Shown piece by piece: positions 33,978 to 46,300 of a stretch of DNA of 49,633 bases. A model generated the notes under the pieces. It did no database searches, was not told the origin of the DNA, and saw only the letters and a program-made list of their open reading frames with translations. Positions within the stretch are counted from its first letter, which is position 1, and every line of letters starts with the position of its first letter. Origin of the DNA: Leidyana gryllorum EB-2025a (lineage: Eukaryota > Protista > Apicomplexa); NCBI GenBank assembly GCA_048772705.1, contig JBLWGC010000012.1, positions 1 through 49,633 of the forward strand. Direction: 5' to 3'. The position numbers and the translations under genes are program-made.

Positions 33978-34387
33978 GACGCGCACTTTGATGATTTTCC
34001 CTCATCAAGTCTGTGTCCCAGAAGCAACCTACACTGCCCTCTTCCACCCCGCCGACCGCTCTCCAACGGTCGTGCGCGTGAGCTGTGCCAATACGGCGGA
34101 TATTACCAGTATGCATCTCCGTGTCTCCCGTGTGCACACACTGAACAGTAACTCCGGAGGTGCAGGATGGGCTCGGCAACCCGCCATTCCCGCCGGAGAC
34201 AGTCTGGCTGTTTCGTCAATGTAGCAATCGTTGGTAAATGCACTCGCTGGAGCTTGATTCCCATTTGATCCCAGCCGCATCGTTACTTTCCCGAAGCTCC
34301 CAAAGGGCGCTAAAGCGACTTCTTTGACCATCTATCTGATGCTGCAGCTGGGGCCCGCTTGTGAAAGTGTGCTGAAGCTCAATATGA

Positions 34388-35365
34388 ATGACGCAGATGT
34401 GGTGGGTATGGTTGGGTGATTCAAAGCCGCATACACACGGCAAGTTCAGTAATGCTCAAGAAATGGCTTCGGGCAGCGTGGTAATCCAGCCTTTTCCCAA
34501 GGTGACTAGGCGCCTGCCAGTCTTGAGTGGAGAATACAAAGGTGATTTGGGTACTTGGGTTGATTGGAAAGGTGGTGATTTATCGGATCAGATCCATTCT
34601 TTGCGCTTCCTACGCCAGTGTTGAGTGAGAAAGGTAAACAGAACATAGCCAAGTTCGTCTCTTCAAGGCGGCCAGCGGTTCTGAAAGTTGTGAGTCCCAT
34701 GGCGGATCGATCTCTTCATTGATTCGGTGCAGTCATGGAATGAAGACGGAGACCGCATCGACGCTGAGCGATACGGATGGTCGCCGCCAAGTGAGCAATC
34801 GCGCTTTTCTTGTCCAGGACCCATGGATGACGACAGCGAAACTGGCGGAAACGATGACTCAAGGGCGAACGCCCAAGTTTTATGTGATTCGAGGTCCAGA
34901 TAGCGCAGCACTAATCGCTTTAACTACGTGGGAGATGCGAGCTGGACGTCCCCGAGACACCTTTGTCTCTTATCTGAGATATGTGAGTTCTGCTTTGGTC
35001 GACGCAGAGCATATGTGGTCTTCTTCCCCCAGACGGGGATACTGCGCGTACTACATGGCGCGTGCGAGGGAGGGTTACGAATAGCTCAGACGGTGAGAAG
35101 AACTTGAAAGTTGAGGGTCATTTCTGGGGTGGTGTCATATCAGAGACGGTACAGAGACTCCATCAATATGGAAGATCTGACCCACCTGTGCAATTCGGTG
35201 TACGCGGGTAGTGGAACTGACACGCCGATAACACTCTACCAAGCAAATGATGGGCTGGAACTGGATGAGGAAAGGGAAAGAATGATCGAGCAATGTGCAG
35301 TGATGGACTTTCAGCCAGTGTCTAGGCCTGTGATTTCCTCATGGGTCTTGGAGCAGGACACCTAA
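34388..35365 (+). CDS. Hypothetical multi-exon protein (5' end uncertain)
   Basis: GTGAG..AG introns at ~34983-35032 and ~35093-35143 join frames ...FVSYLRY|TGILRVLHG...AQT|RRYRDSINM...EQDT*. Confidence 0.4.
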
Positions 35366-35392
35366 ACTTTTAGTCTCAATAACTCCCCTGTT

Positions 35393-38300
35393 ATGTTTGC
35401 TGTCCCCCCCCCTGTGGCTGTGTTCGAATGCCGGTGCGACGAAACTGTTATAGGTCAAGCTGTGTTCGTTGTGGGAAATATCCCACAACTCGGGGAATGG
35501 AACACTAATCGCGCCACTTCTCTCATTACCAGTGACAAAGAATTCCCTCTCTGGCGCTCTTGCGTCATCAGACTCGACACCCAACAACCTGGAGACACTC
35601 TCGAGTTCAAGTTCTTCGTCGCCACATCCACAACGGATCCAAACCCACGCTGGGAAACCTGTTGCAATCGTCGCTTCCGCTGCCCCAAATCCGGACAGGT
35701 CGCACGAGTTGTGGCTCGATTCGGTAGGTATCCGTCCGCTCCTCAGCCCTCCCAACTTGGGTCGCTTGCCACGCAGGACGAAATAGCGATGTCGCTGTGA
35801 CCCTCTCCGATTCGGCTTCCACGGAACGCGTTTTCGAAACCACAACTGGAGATGAGGGTCTCGAGCAACCCTCCACCAACATCATCCTCCCTAACAACCT
35901 GCCGGAGGATCAGCTGAATGACAGACCGACGCCTCCGGCCAGATTTGAGCCAGTGGCTCAGTTCCTCCAACGTATGCAGAAGCTCGATGGACTCTCCTGT
36001 CCGGCGAAGCAAATCCTCGAGCAGAACGAACATGCTTGTGAGTTGAGGCACACAGCAGAGCACTGGTGGAATGTGCTGTTTCAGCCTCCATGCGGCAGAA
36101 GCTCATGCTGGCCCGCAATGTTCTATGGGAAGCCGTTCAGCAATTTGGCGAACAACCCGGAGTAGCGGCCTGGCGCAGCGATCGCAGCCGCCCGCTACTC
36201 CATGCTTTGGCTAGCGTATACACATATGTCAATTGGGTGGGCACCGGTGTCCTTCCTTGCAAAGAGGACGGAGGCCACCATCGTCCTAACCAGACGGCTT
36301 TGGTTGCCAAAGACATTATGAGTGTTTGTGAACAGATGCGCGACAACATCCAGGTGAGTGGATTGGTGCTCACACAAGGTGACAACGCAATATGGCGTCT
36401 CGCACACACGTTTGTCACCCTCGAGACATGAGCAAATTGAGTATCGTGAAGTGCTGATGACGCGCGCTACATCTACACATGACGACTGCCCTTTCAGGTC
36501 CTCCGTGGAGTCGTGGGAGAGCACATCTGGGAGGCTGATTTAGCTGAATACCTCACGCGGCAAATGCAGCCTTATCTCCCGTCGTTCAGTGCTGCTTTCA
36601 CATGGTACGATTGAGGATGTGTGGAGAGCCGGTCTGTCATTTGTGAATGCAGCGCTGTGCCTTTGACCAGAATCCGCGACATTGCCCATCGCAACGATAT
36701 CAATCAAGATCTCAAGCGAGAGATCAAGACGAGGCTTCAGAATAAGTTGCATCGTTGTGCTGGTCCGGAGGACCTCAAGACTTCGACAGAGCTCTTGCAG
36801 CGTTTCCATAGAAACCGAGATCATTATCCACACGACTTTATACGGGAATTTGAGATCTTTCACAACGAGTTGATTGACTTCTTCAATGCGGGAGGTCTCG
36901 TAGAGAGACTGGAGAAGATCAAAGGGAGCATCAGCAACACGATTCAAGTCAACGCCATCAAGTGAGTGTTCTGACTGCAGGTTTGATGAAAAATGGTCGT
37001 GCAGCCGCCTGCTTACTGTCAAGTTTCAAGTGGAGACGAGCGGGCAAAGGTCCGGTTTGGAGCGCGCCGAGAGCCTTCTGAGCCTCATTCGCACCTGTAC
37101 ACTCCTTCGAGCTGCATTTGCGCTGGACTTTGAGAAGGGGATGGCGTTCTTTGCTCAAGATCCTTCGCACACTCAGTCCCTGTGAGTCTCAAAACCTTCG
37201 GCCTTCTTATTTCACGTCTTGCAGACGTCTGGCGGACGTTCAGGTGGAGACGTATTTGTTCTCGCTGTTTTCACAAGTTGTGAATGAGGTCGAAAGTGTG
37301 ACACGCAATTCATTTGGAACGGCAGATTCTGAGTTCCAAGCTCGTGTCCTGTCCATTCTGATTACTCTGATGAGCGACGGGCTGACAAACTTGGGTCACT
37401 CTGGATTTGCAGCTCAGATCAGTCGTTTGATAGCGCGGGAAGCCCGGCTGTGTATGGAGGGCGGCCAGTTGGACCGTCGATATTTCCTGCTTCATACAGC
37501 TTCGTTGACCCGGCGTGTTCTACGTATTACTCAAGCTTTCAGCGATTTGGTGAGCGCGGTGATGCCCGTTCCGCAAACAGAGACGTTCGGGTGCGCGTTG
37601 GGGGTGAATCAAAACGCCGCTCGAATCTTCACGGAAGGCCAGATCCGCGGCTCACTTGTGTTCCAGTTGTCGCGAGCGGCCTCGTTGTCACTTCGTCTCG
37701 CCGAAGTTGAATGTCTCAAAGCTTCTCCCTACGCCACCGTGTGTGACGGTGAAGCGATTGGACTCTTTGTTCCCTCTGATACCCTGGAAACGATCGAGTT
37801 GAGCCTGCGAGACGCATTAGCTAACTTCAGATCTTCCAACTCTCCCATCTCCTTGGTACTTTATCTACGCCACGCCACTGGCGACGAAGAGATTGAAGGT
37901 TTGGGACAACGCTTGTCCGTTGCTCTCGAAACACCCATCCATTTGGGCGCTATCCTCCTCGCGCACGATTTGCCTGCCTTATCCCATCTCGGTAAGTGAC
38001 TGAACTGAAGTCGCTTTGGGGATGAGAGTGGTGGCGAAAGGGTCGCCAGTCTTGGCTACGCTCTCGACAACAGTCTCGTTTTCTTCGTCGTGTGCTGGTT
38101 GGCAGCTCCGATCTCATCCGTTGTGCTCTCAGGTGTCCGAGCGCGGCAGGGTCAGATTCCTTTCGTGGCAATTTCTGCGCCTGTGGTGGATCTGGCTGCC
38201 CTGGAGGGTCGTTACAAACACAAGTGGGTCAAGTTGAGTACGAAAGGCACAGCTGAGGTGCTTACGATTGTGGATGGCGGGCAGCAAGGGACCGGTTCAG

Positions 38301-39552
38301 ATGTCAAAGTGACGAGTCAGCAAGCACCATTGAAGCAAGGGAGTTTGAGCGCGGACCTCCGGCCTGTGATCAGTGATGATTTTACGGTGGTATCCGGATC
38401 ATTGATTACGTTGGAGACTTGCGGTGCCAAGGCTGCTGCTTGTCAAGAAATGCTATCGATTATAGCTCATGGCTCGATGACTGATTACAATGCGCCCGCG
38501 TGTGTGTGTCTCCCGTTTGGATGTTTTGAGGCTGCATTGGACTGGGACGACAACAGAGCGAGCACTTCGCGTCTTCGAGCTCTCATTGCGGGTTTGCCCA
38601 ACCTCAGTGGTTCTGCTTTGACTGTGGCTACAGAGGAATTGAAGTCTGTAGTTGTGAAGGGTATGGAGCTATCCAAGGAGGCTCAGAGCCTTCTGGCCAA
38701 GACTGTCATGGACAACTTTTTGCTGAGAGACCTGATGGGGCCGCGGAGACACGGAATTATCCATCTGATGGTCCGTTCGAGCAGCAATGTGGAAGACCTG
38801 CAAGGGGTGAGTGGAGCGGGTCTCTACGAGTCGCTTCCGGCTCAAGTGGTTGTTGATCTGGAGGGTAATTCTAGCCGTCCCTTGGTCGAGTCGATGGATG
38901 TTTCAAGTCTTTGGGAGGCCATAAAGCTGGTCTGGATCAGTCTCTACACCGATCGCGCGATTCTCGCCCGCCGAGCCGCCGGCATCCGCGGCGCGCGAAT
39001 GGCTGTCCTCATTCAGCCGCTGATCCCGGCCTCCTGGAGTTTCATCGCTCACACACGGTGCCCAGCGGGTGTTGTGCCAGAACTCAAAGGCAACGAAGAT
39101 AAGTATATTTATGTAGAATGTGCGAGAGGACTGGGAGAGGCCCTGGCGGGTGGTGGAGCGGGCTTGGGTGGTGGCCGTCCAACACGAATTGCAATAGCTG
39201 AAGACGGCTCAAGTATAGTGTGCGACTCAATCTGGGATCTGCACGGACGCTATCAAGCGACACATGGCCATCTCGAACGGGTATACACTGCTCTCGGACC
39301 AAATGAGAGTACACCACCCTTCTGGATGGCTTTGGCGAATCGGCTACAAGGACTCCGACGGTTGGAACAACAATTCGGCTGTCCTCAGGTGAGTCCAAGA
39401 TCTAATATTTGTGCCCATCTTGCCATCAGGACGTGGAGGGCTGCTTTGTTGAGCCTTTAGCAGCTCCTCAGACCCCAGCCGAAGCTGATCGAGTACCCTC
39501 GCCTCGCGATTTGGGACTATTTGTCCTCCAATCTCGGCCTCAAGCGATTTAG
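35393..39552 (+). CDS. PWD: Phosphoglucan, water dikinase (PWD/GWD3-like) with N-terminal CBM20 (multi-exon)
   Basis: CBM20 (GQAVFVVGNIPQLGEWN), EDGGHHRPN, VPLTRIRDIAHRND..LK.EIK..LQNKLHRCAGPEDL, phospho-His LSHLGVRARQ, GAKAAAC, VRSSSNVEDL.G.SGAGLYES, PQDVEG, LQSRPQ. Confidence 0.92.
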
Positions 39553-39611
39553 TTGACTGGATTTTTTACTTTTGTTCTCCCCCAGAAAGTCAACAAACTT
39601 CAAACCACGCA

Positions 39612-40258
39612 ATGCAAGGTTCTTTCCCCACCCTCATATACGTCCCCAGTAAGAACGAGAGTGTGTGTGTGCTTATTTTGACCTCCGCTGATAGTCGCCG
39701 ACCCCCTACCATTCGAAGAGATGCAATCGGCTCATAAGAACTGTCCGTCCGACATCCAATGGACCGATCCGGAAGCGGATGTTGCATTTCATATTTCGCT
39801 GTCAGGATCCCTGACACTGTGTGACTATCAGATCAAACCGTTCGTCAATACATTGAAGCGGGTGTGTACTGAGGAAGGATATCCGTAAGGCGTCACGTTT
39901 GACTACAACGCCCCTAAACATCCCACGGCGGTTCAGGTTGAGTATAGTGGTTGATCGATCTGACATTGACGTGCTCAAGTCACCAACTCGCAACTATCTG
40001 GCCGCGATGTGCAAGACAAACTCGGCACTAACCGATTTATTTGGGATCATCAAAAGCAGTTATGAAGAAGCTTTGGGTCAAAAGTACCCGCACGACACCT
40101 TTCGGCCCCATGTGACACTCGGTTGGTGGCCAGCCTCCTCCGATCCACGGCCCAGTGCTACTGATCAACTCAATGTGGCTCCGCTCAAAGTGTTTGTGAG
40201 CCGCATAATCCTGCGGATCGGATGCAAGGACTACCCTCTGGTTCTCGGAGGGGAGTGA
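39612..40258 (+). CDS. USB1: U6 snRNA phosphodiesterase USB1/Mpn1-like (2H phosphoesterase), 2 introns
   Basis: Spliced MQGSFPTLIYVP...FHISLSGSLTL..YQIKPFVNTLK...TRNYLA...PHVTLGW; two Hx(S/T) motifs in the USB1 context. Confidence 0.75.
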
Positions 40259-40503
40259 CGGGAAAACTTGAACTCGTCTCTGGCATTCTACATTACTGCC
40301 TTGGGGCCCGATACAAAGACGTGCGCGCGCGGGTCTTTCCGTTCTACCCGAACACGCGCTATTGCGCGTATACATTTCCGCGAGGTCTTTTCGTTGACGC
40401 AAACACATGCGCCTGTCCCGAAAGGAACTGTCATTCCCATTCGTCCGTCACATCTACACTGGACAACACACGGCATATCGCTTTCAGCATGTTGGTCGAA
40501 ACA

Positions 40504-41124
40504 ATGGCTTCCTCCACCAGTGTGTCGGACGGAGATGGCGAGAAGAGGGGCCTTTTCTCACGACGCAAGTGGACCACTTCGGCCTCGCAGAAGCCTCAAG
40601 CCAAGCAAATTGACCAGCCCGAAGAATCGCAATGGTCCCCCCCCATGGATGCCGGCCTTGATGTGAGACCTTTAACCCCGCCGCCTCACGACAGGCCGGC
40701 TGCTGACCGGAAGGATAAGAGAAAATCAATCAGAGACTTCTTCGGGACAAAGCGGTTTCACCCAATAAGCTCATGTCTTCCCCGTGGACGACATCAAGTG
40801 GTGGAAAAGACTGAGGAACCGACCATTGAGTCCAGTCCCTTCACCCCCTGCCTTCCGAGCTCCCGGCCTTCAAAGGAGCCCAGTGTCACCGACACTATAT
40901 ATCCTCGTGGACTAACCACTTCGGCTGGAGCCACTGGCTATAACTCTCAAGGCTTGGAGTCAATCCCTCTCAGTGACTTGGATCTTGATGAAGACCTCAA
41001 ATCTCATCCGAATCCCAACTCCAAGCGACAGAGGTTACGACTACACTTCCGTCAGCTGAAGCATAGTACCAAGTGTCACCTAATGCGATTTCTAGCCGTT
41101 TCAATGCGGGCTAAGGTGCACTGA
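40504..41124 (+). CDS. Hypothetical low-complexity protein
   Basis: Long open frame, Ser/Pro-rich, ends 7 nt from the convergent gene. Confidence 0.5.
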   Translation: MASSTSVSDGDGEKRGLFSRRKWTTSASQKPQAKQIDQPEESQWSPPMDAGLDVRPLTPPPHDRPAADRKDKRKSIRDFFGTKRFHPISSCLPRGRHQVVEKTEEPTIESSPFTPCLPSSRPSKEPSVTDTIYPRGLTTSAGATGYNSQGLESIPLSDLDLDEDLKSHPNPNSKRQRLRLHFRQLKHSTKCHLMRFLAVSMRAKVH

Positions 41125-41131
41125 GACGCTG

Positions 41132-43250
41132 TCATCTGAGGTCGCCGACCAAGTACAAGAAGGTCACGTGGAGGACCTCTGCGACGCGCCTGACAAATCG
41201 GCGGTCTTCGCTGGACTCATCAGCAACGAAAAGTCTCAATTTGCTCCACAACGAGAGTTCGCCCAGCGGTCCAATAATGTCTGCTCCTCTGGGTAGCAGC
41301 CCCAGAATGGCTGTTGCCATGATGGGTAAAGCTGAATGGGGCTCTTCATCATCTTCTTCTCCTTTCGAAGTCAATGGTGGCACATCGAGCTTCGGTGTAC
41401 GCCGGGCCAGACGGTTTGCTTCCCGCTGCGAACGCTCAACCTCACTCACAGCCAAAGTGGCGTCAGTATGAGTGCTCAGACACGCCAAGAGATTTATTAT
41501 CGCATTCACCTCGGTCGGGAGGTGTGTCATCGGAACCAATAACCGGCCTGGAAACGCGGGTTGCGCTTGGTAACGACGACCCCTCGGCAGCACCGTTCGG
41601 ATCCACAGATACAACAAACTCAAGAGACCGTCGCGTCCCAGATGGTCCTCCATTCGACGGCACAGATAGTGCAGCGTGTCCTCTTCCAGCCACACAGCAG
41701 GGGGTATATAATTCTCCGAAACTTGATTAGTCAGCAGCTGTTGGGAAACCTCCAGCAACTCTTCCGTGCGACTTCCACGGCCAAACAATACCGTAGCTAC
41801 AGACCATGGGTCATCCCCTGCGAAATCAACGTAGTCTCGAACAACACCTTGTAAGATCCGGATGTCAGTGACAACACCCCGCAAAACCCTCAAATCTGCC
41901 ACCGTCTTCTCATTGTCGGGGTCTGCATCCACATTCTGGGGCTCAACGGGAGTTGCCGGCAACTCAGCAAAGGCCTGCAAACTCGATCGCACACTCGGAG
42001 ACACGGTTAACCCCTCTGCTATTCGCAGATGATATATAGTCATTTGGGCTTCTAAGACCGATATAGAACCTATACAACTCGCCGCGTTCACCGCCACCTC
42101 CTCTGCGCGGATCTCGGAAGCTTTTGACACGGGCGTAGATTCAGTTGAAGGTACATCTGCTGCTACGGTATCTTTCCCCGGGGTGCTGGTGGTCAGTGGA
42201 GTGCCTGAGGAAGCTGAAGGAGTGGGTTCCACAAGTTCTGGACTTTCCGTGATCTCCGCATCCTTTCCTGCTGCCGGGGTCGCGGCCTGGGCTTCACTTG
42301 TGTTGGGTGTGCCCGGTGTTTCTCGCGGCCCTTCTTGACGCAAACCCCGCACGAAGGCAAATCGATTCACATTCCGATACTCAAGTGAGCGCAGCAAGCT
42401 GAGTGCCTCTGTGTGAGCCTTAGTTTCGGCTGCGACATATAGATAAAACTGAAGAGTGAGTGGCGAAGGTTCCTGAAGAGTTAGTTCACTGTGGTATGGG
42501 AGCGCTGGCACGGTGTGTGCTTACTCTGTCATCGAGAAGAATGGCTCGTTCCAGCTGTATGCGAGCTTCGCGACCTTCCGCGGGTGAGAGGGTGAGCACA
42601 TTACAATAGTCAGTGGAAGTTAATTCCTCGCGGACTTTGAGAAGGACTCGTAGCCACGCGTTGATTTCGGGTGCGTTCTCCCGCACCACCTTTGAGCTTG
42701 AGTAGACTTGACGACTGTTCGCGGAGCATTGGAAGAAGAAAAGCAATTGTTGTGCTTACTAACTATTTGTCTCCAGGACAGATGGGAGCCGGCCGTTTGC
42801 CAGACCTAGGAGGTGCAAAGGGTAGACGAGATCTCGCCTGAGGTTGGAGTTGTTGGAGTAGAGGGCCTCCAAGAGAGCTTTTTCGAAGTCATTGAAGAGC
42901 GCCAACTTGGCTCTGTCTTTTGGGAGCACAATAAGTGTTCGCGCTCGAATCAGAACTTGCTGGATAAGAGCGAAGGACTGGGAAGTGAGACACTCTCCAC
43001 TCGAAAGACAGCCCAACAAGGTCTCTATATATGGCACGAGTGCCGCTGGGTCAGTGTTGAGAGGCTCAGGAGTCTCAACAGGTGTGTCCGTTTGGGGCGA
43101 TGTTAGTTGGAAGGCTGCAAGCCGTAGCCATCGCCAGAAGAGGCGTCTCGTATGCAGCAGAACTGATGGTGGGGCTGCATAGCTTGTGTGTCCAATAGTA
43201 TCTGTGAGGGAGAGGGAAACATTTGAGAGATAATTACTCCTTCTGCGCAT
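41132..43250 (-). CDS. Hypothetical multi-exon protein (start uncertain)
   Basis: Three consecutive minus-strand frames (43262-42759, 42746-42486, 42511-41132) separated by short intron-like gaps. Confidence 0.55.
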
Positions 43251-43328
43251 ATGAAAGGGCACCCTTCAGTGCCCGAAAAAAAGCTTGTGGGGTTGATGAG
43301 GCTAGTGGGCTGACTTCATCTCGCCAAG

Positions 43329-46300
43329 ATGGCGTCATCACTGATAGTCTTCAGGGCCTCCTTCGAGACGGAGGACCATCAGCGATTCCTGGACACTCAA
43401 GGCAGTGCTATTTCAGTGGCGGAGGCCAAAATCCGGATTGCCAAGGAACTAGCTTTAGAGAAGGAGTTTGCGCGACGGTTCGATTTACTACTCAAGCTTA
43501 TTTCACCAGATGGCTCGGAACGAGAGCTCCGTGATGACTACGAGCTGGTTATGCCTGGCTCAAACTTAGTTGTGCAACGTACATTATGGCGACGCCTGGA
43601 AGACGTGGTTCACCGTGCGGAAGAACATGTTTTGGAATGGAAGCAGGAGCCCGAGGCTATCGTTCCTGCGGCAGAACCTCTGAAACCGAAAGTCAAAGAA
43701 CCTCTGCCTCAGAGATTCATCTGCATTGCTTGTGGAGGCGTCCTACGGTCAGCTATGGTGGTTCGTTGCGCGTCAAGCTGCAATGTCTCCGTATGTAAAG
43801 TGTGTGCGGAACGTTTGTTGGCGGAGACGCAACCGGCGCAATGTCCACAATGTAAGCAGGCTGTGAAGAACTTTATACCCAACAAAACGTTGATCGGCAT
43901 TATTACCAAATTAGACCTCTCCCACTACATCCTGCCGGACCGCCATGAGGCTGCTGAACCGCCCCCTACCCCCGTCGAAGCTCCAGCGTTCATGATTTTC
44001 CTACGACCGCAACAAATCCAAGTAGTACATGAAGAAAGCCACGTACTCATCCCCACAGCCAACTACGAGTTAGTGGACGAGATACTGCGGTCGACACAAG
44101 CTGTCACGCTGATTGTATTTGGTTCAAGTGGAGGCGGAACCAGTCTATTGGCTCCAGGTATTCTCAAGGTCACCCAGATAACTGGACTTCCCACCCCGGA
44201 TGTTCCAGCGAATTGCCACCCAGCGGCCGACGCGGCAGCTAAACCTTTGGAGAAGTCGTTAACTGCGGAGCAGGAGGCGGGCATTCGGAAGACTTGGGTT
44301 GAGGACGATGAGGTGGACAACAAGCGAGCGTATTTACTCTGTAAGTGCGCGTGGGAGCTTCGGTTTGACAGCGTTGCTCTATTGCCGGGGAAAGCACAGC
44401 CAATCGCTGGGATTTGGTCTGGAGCACGTCGTGTGTTCTCTACTCCCAACAAGCACTTTGAGTCCACCCGGTTGTCACCAGCGCACAAGCAGGGAATATC
44501 TACCCGTTTAGGTCAGGAGGCTCTATATTCACGTTCTGCGCGTAATACGGCCCCCCATCCAAGCAGCAATGGTCCCCCCCCGACGTTACCACCTCCACAG
44601 CAGCAGCCACAGCAAACGGCTCCTTCAATGGTCCACCCCGCTTCCACGCACATGGACAAAGACGCGGCTCCTCAAACTGGCGGTTTTGTGTTCAATCCGG
44701 CGGCTAACGCCTGGACCGGATCAAATCCCGTGGTCAAAGACCGTTTCAAGGGCACTTTGGTTCCGGCTAATTCCAAGTTTACAGCACTCAACGAAGAGTT
44801 AGCTGTCAATCCGTTGCTGCCGCTGGCTAGTTTGGTAACCAAACTCGACCGTCCGGCGTTTCTTTTACTGCAAAGAGTGCAAGAACTCTCGCTCCAGTTA
44901 CTGGCAGCAAAAGGACCTGTGAATCCTGATTTGATGAAGAATCTACGGGGCATCAAGGGGAACGTGTTTAACGAGCCGACCCCGCCTTCAAGTATGGGTC
45001 CGTCGGCTACATCTGCAGCCGGCGGTCGCGGAGGCCCAGCTGAGCCCCCAAAGGGTCGTCGGCAACGCAGTGCGCCTCGTCCGACGCCTTATGATATGAT
45101 GCCTCGGCCCCACGCGCCTATGAGGCCGCAGCAGCTGCCACCGCAGCAACAGCAGCAGCAGGCGGTGGTGGGGCCTGAGCGTCCTCAGCAGTCGGCTGTG
45201 CCCGGTCAGCCCTGGATGAACGTTCCTGTTATGCGGCGACGTCCCCAGCCCCAGCAGCCCCCGCAGCCGCGTCCTGTGTACCAAGTTCGTCCGTGGGTTG
45301 GTGCCCATGACCCCCTCCACCAACAGCAGCAGTATATGCCGCCCCCACGACAAATGATGCCCGTGCGTCCCTATCCTATTCCGCATCACATGGACGAAGG
45401 TATGCAACCCGCGCACGTTTGGGCTAAGCCCCGTATGATCCAAGCGCACGATCGCCCGCTGTATCCGCGGCCGGTCTTCACCCAGCAGTTACCCCCCACA
45501 GCTGTTATGCACAGCACGCCCCCTGGCGGATTCTACTCTGGAATTCAGTCATACGCCCGAGACGCTTACCTGTCGCCCGCTGGCGATCGACCGAGTTCGG
45601 AGCGTCCAAGTTTCGATTGGGATCCGAGCAGCAGCGACGTGGATCGATTCCCCGACGAACACCACCGAGACAGAGACCGCGACCGTGACAGAGAGCGGAG
45701 CGACAGAGAACGGGGCGACCGGGAGAGGAGTGATCGGGAGAGGAGCGACCGGGAGAGGAGCGACCGCGACCGCGACAGAGACAGATTCGATCGGGAACGA
45801 GAAAGAGTGGACCGCGAGAGGATTGATCGCGACCGCGGGGGGCGACGCGAGAGTCGGAGTCGCGACTCTCCACCTCCTCGATATCCGTCACGCCCGAATA
45901 CTCGGGACTTCTACACCTCGATGGAGGAGGAGAGACGGTCCTCCTCGAGGCAGTCTCCTCCATCGCCCAAAGACCGGTCTCGAACGTCGAGTAAACGTCG
46001 ATATGACGACCACGCGAATGGTCGGCGGGGCTCAGACTCGCAGCGGGCGAACGAGGGCGCCGGGAGCATTTCGAGTCGGTTCGTTGGCACCAGGAGAGGG
46101 TCCGGCGGAGGCGGAGGCGGAGGATCGGATCGTCGTCGCGGATCGGGCGGCGGGACGGGTCGCCGGGAGGAGTCTGCTGCGGCGGCGTCTAAGCCGTATT
46201 GGCGGGAGCACCACGAGGGCGGGGGCGGCGTTCCTCCGGCGTCTTCTGATACGTCGTGGCGTCGGGAGCGGCACTCAGACAGTAAACGCGACACCTCGCG

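Noticed and set aside
33975-33978. Overlapping ATGs on both strands (TCATGA) at the EI24 start
   Set aside because: The + strand ORF is short and unsupported; probably coincidental.
35797-35800. Apparent stop separating CBM20 from the dikinase
   Set aside because: An intron at ~35724-35776 changes frame and fuses them (FG|RNSDVAVTLSD).
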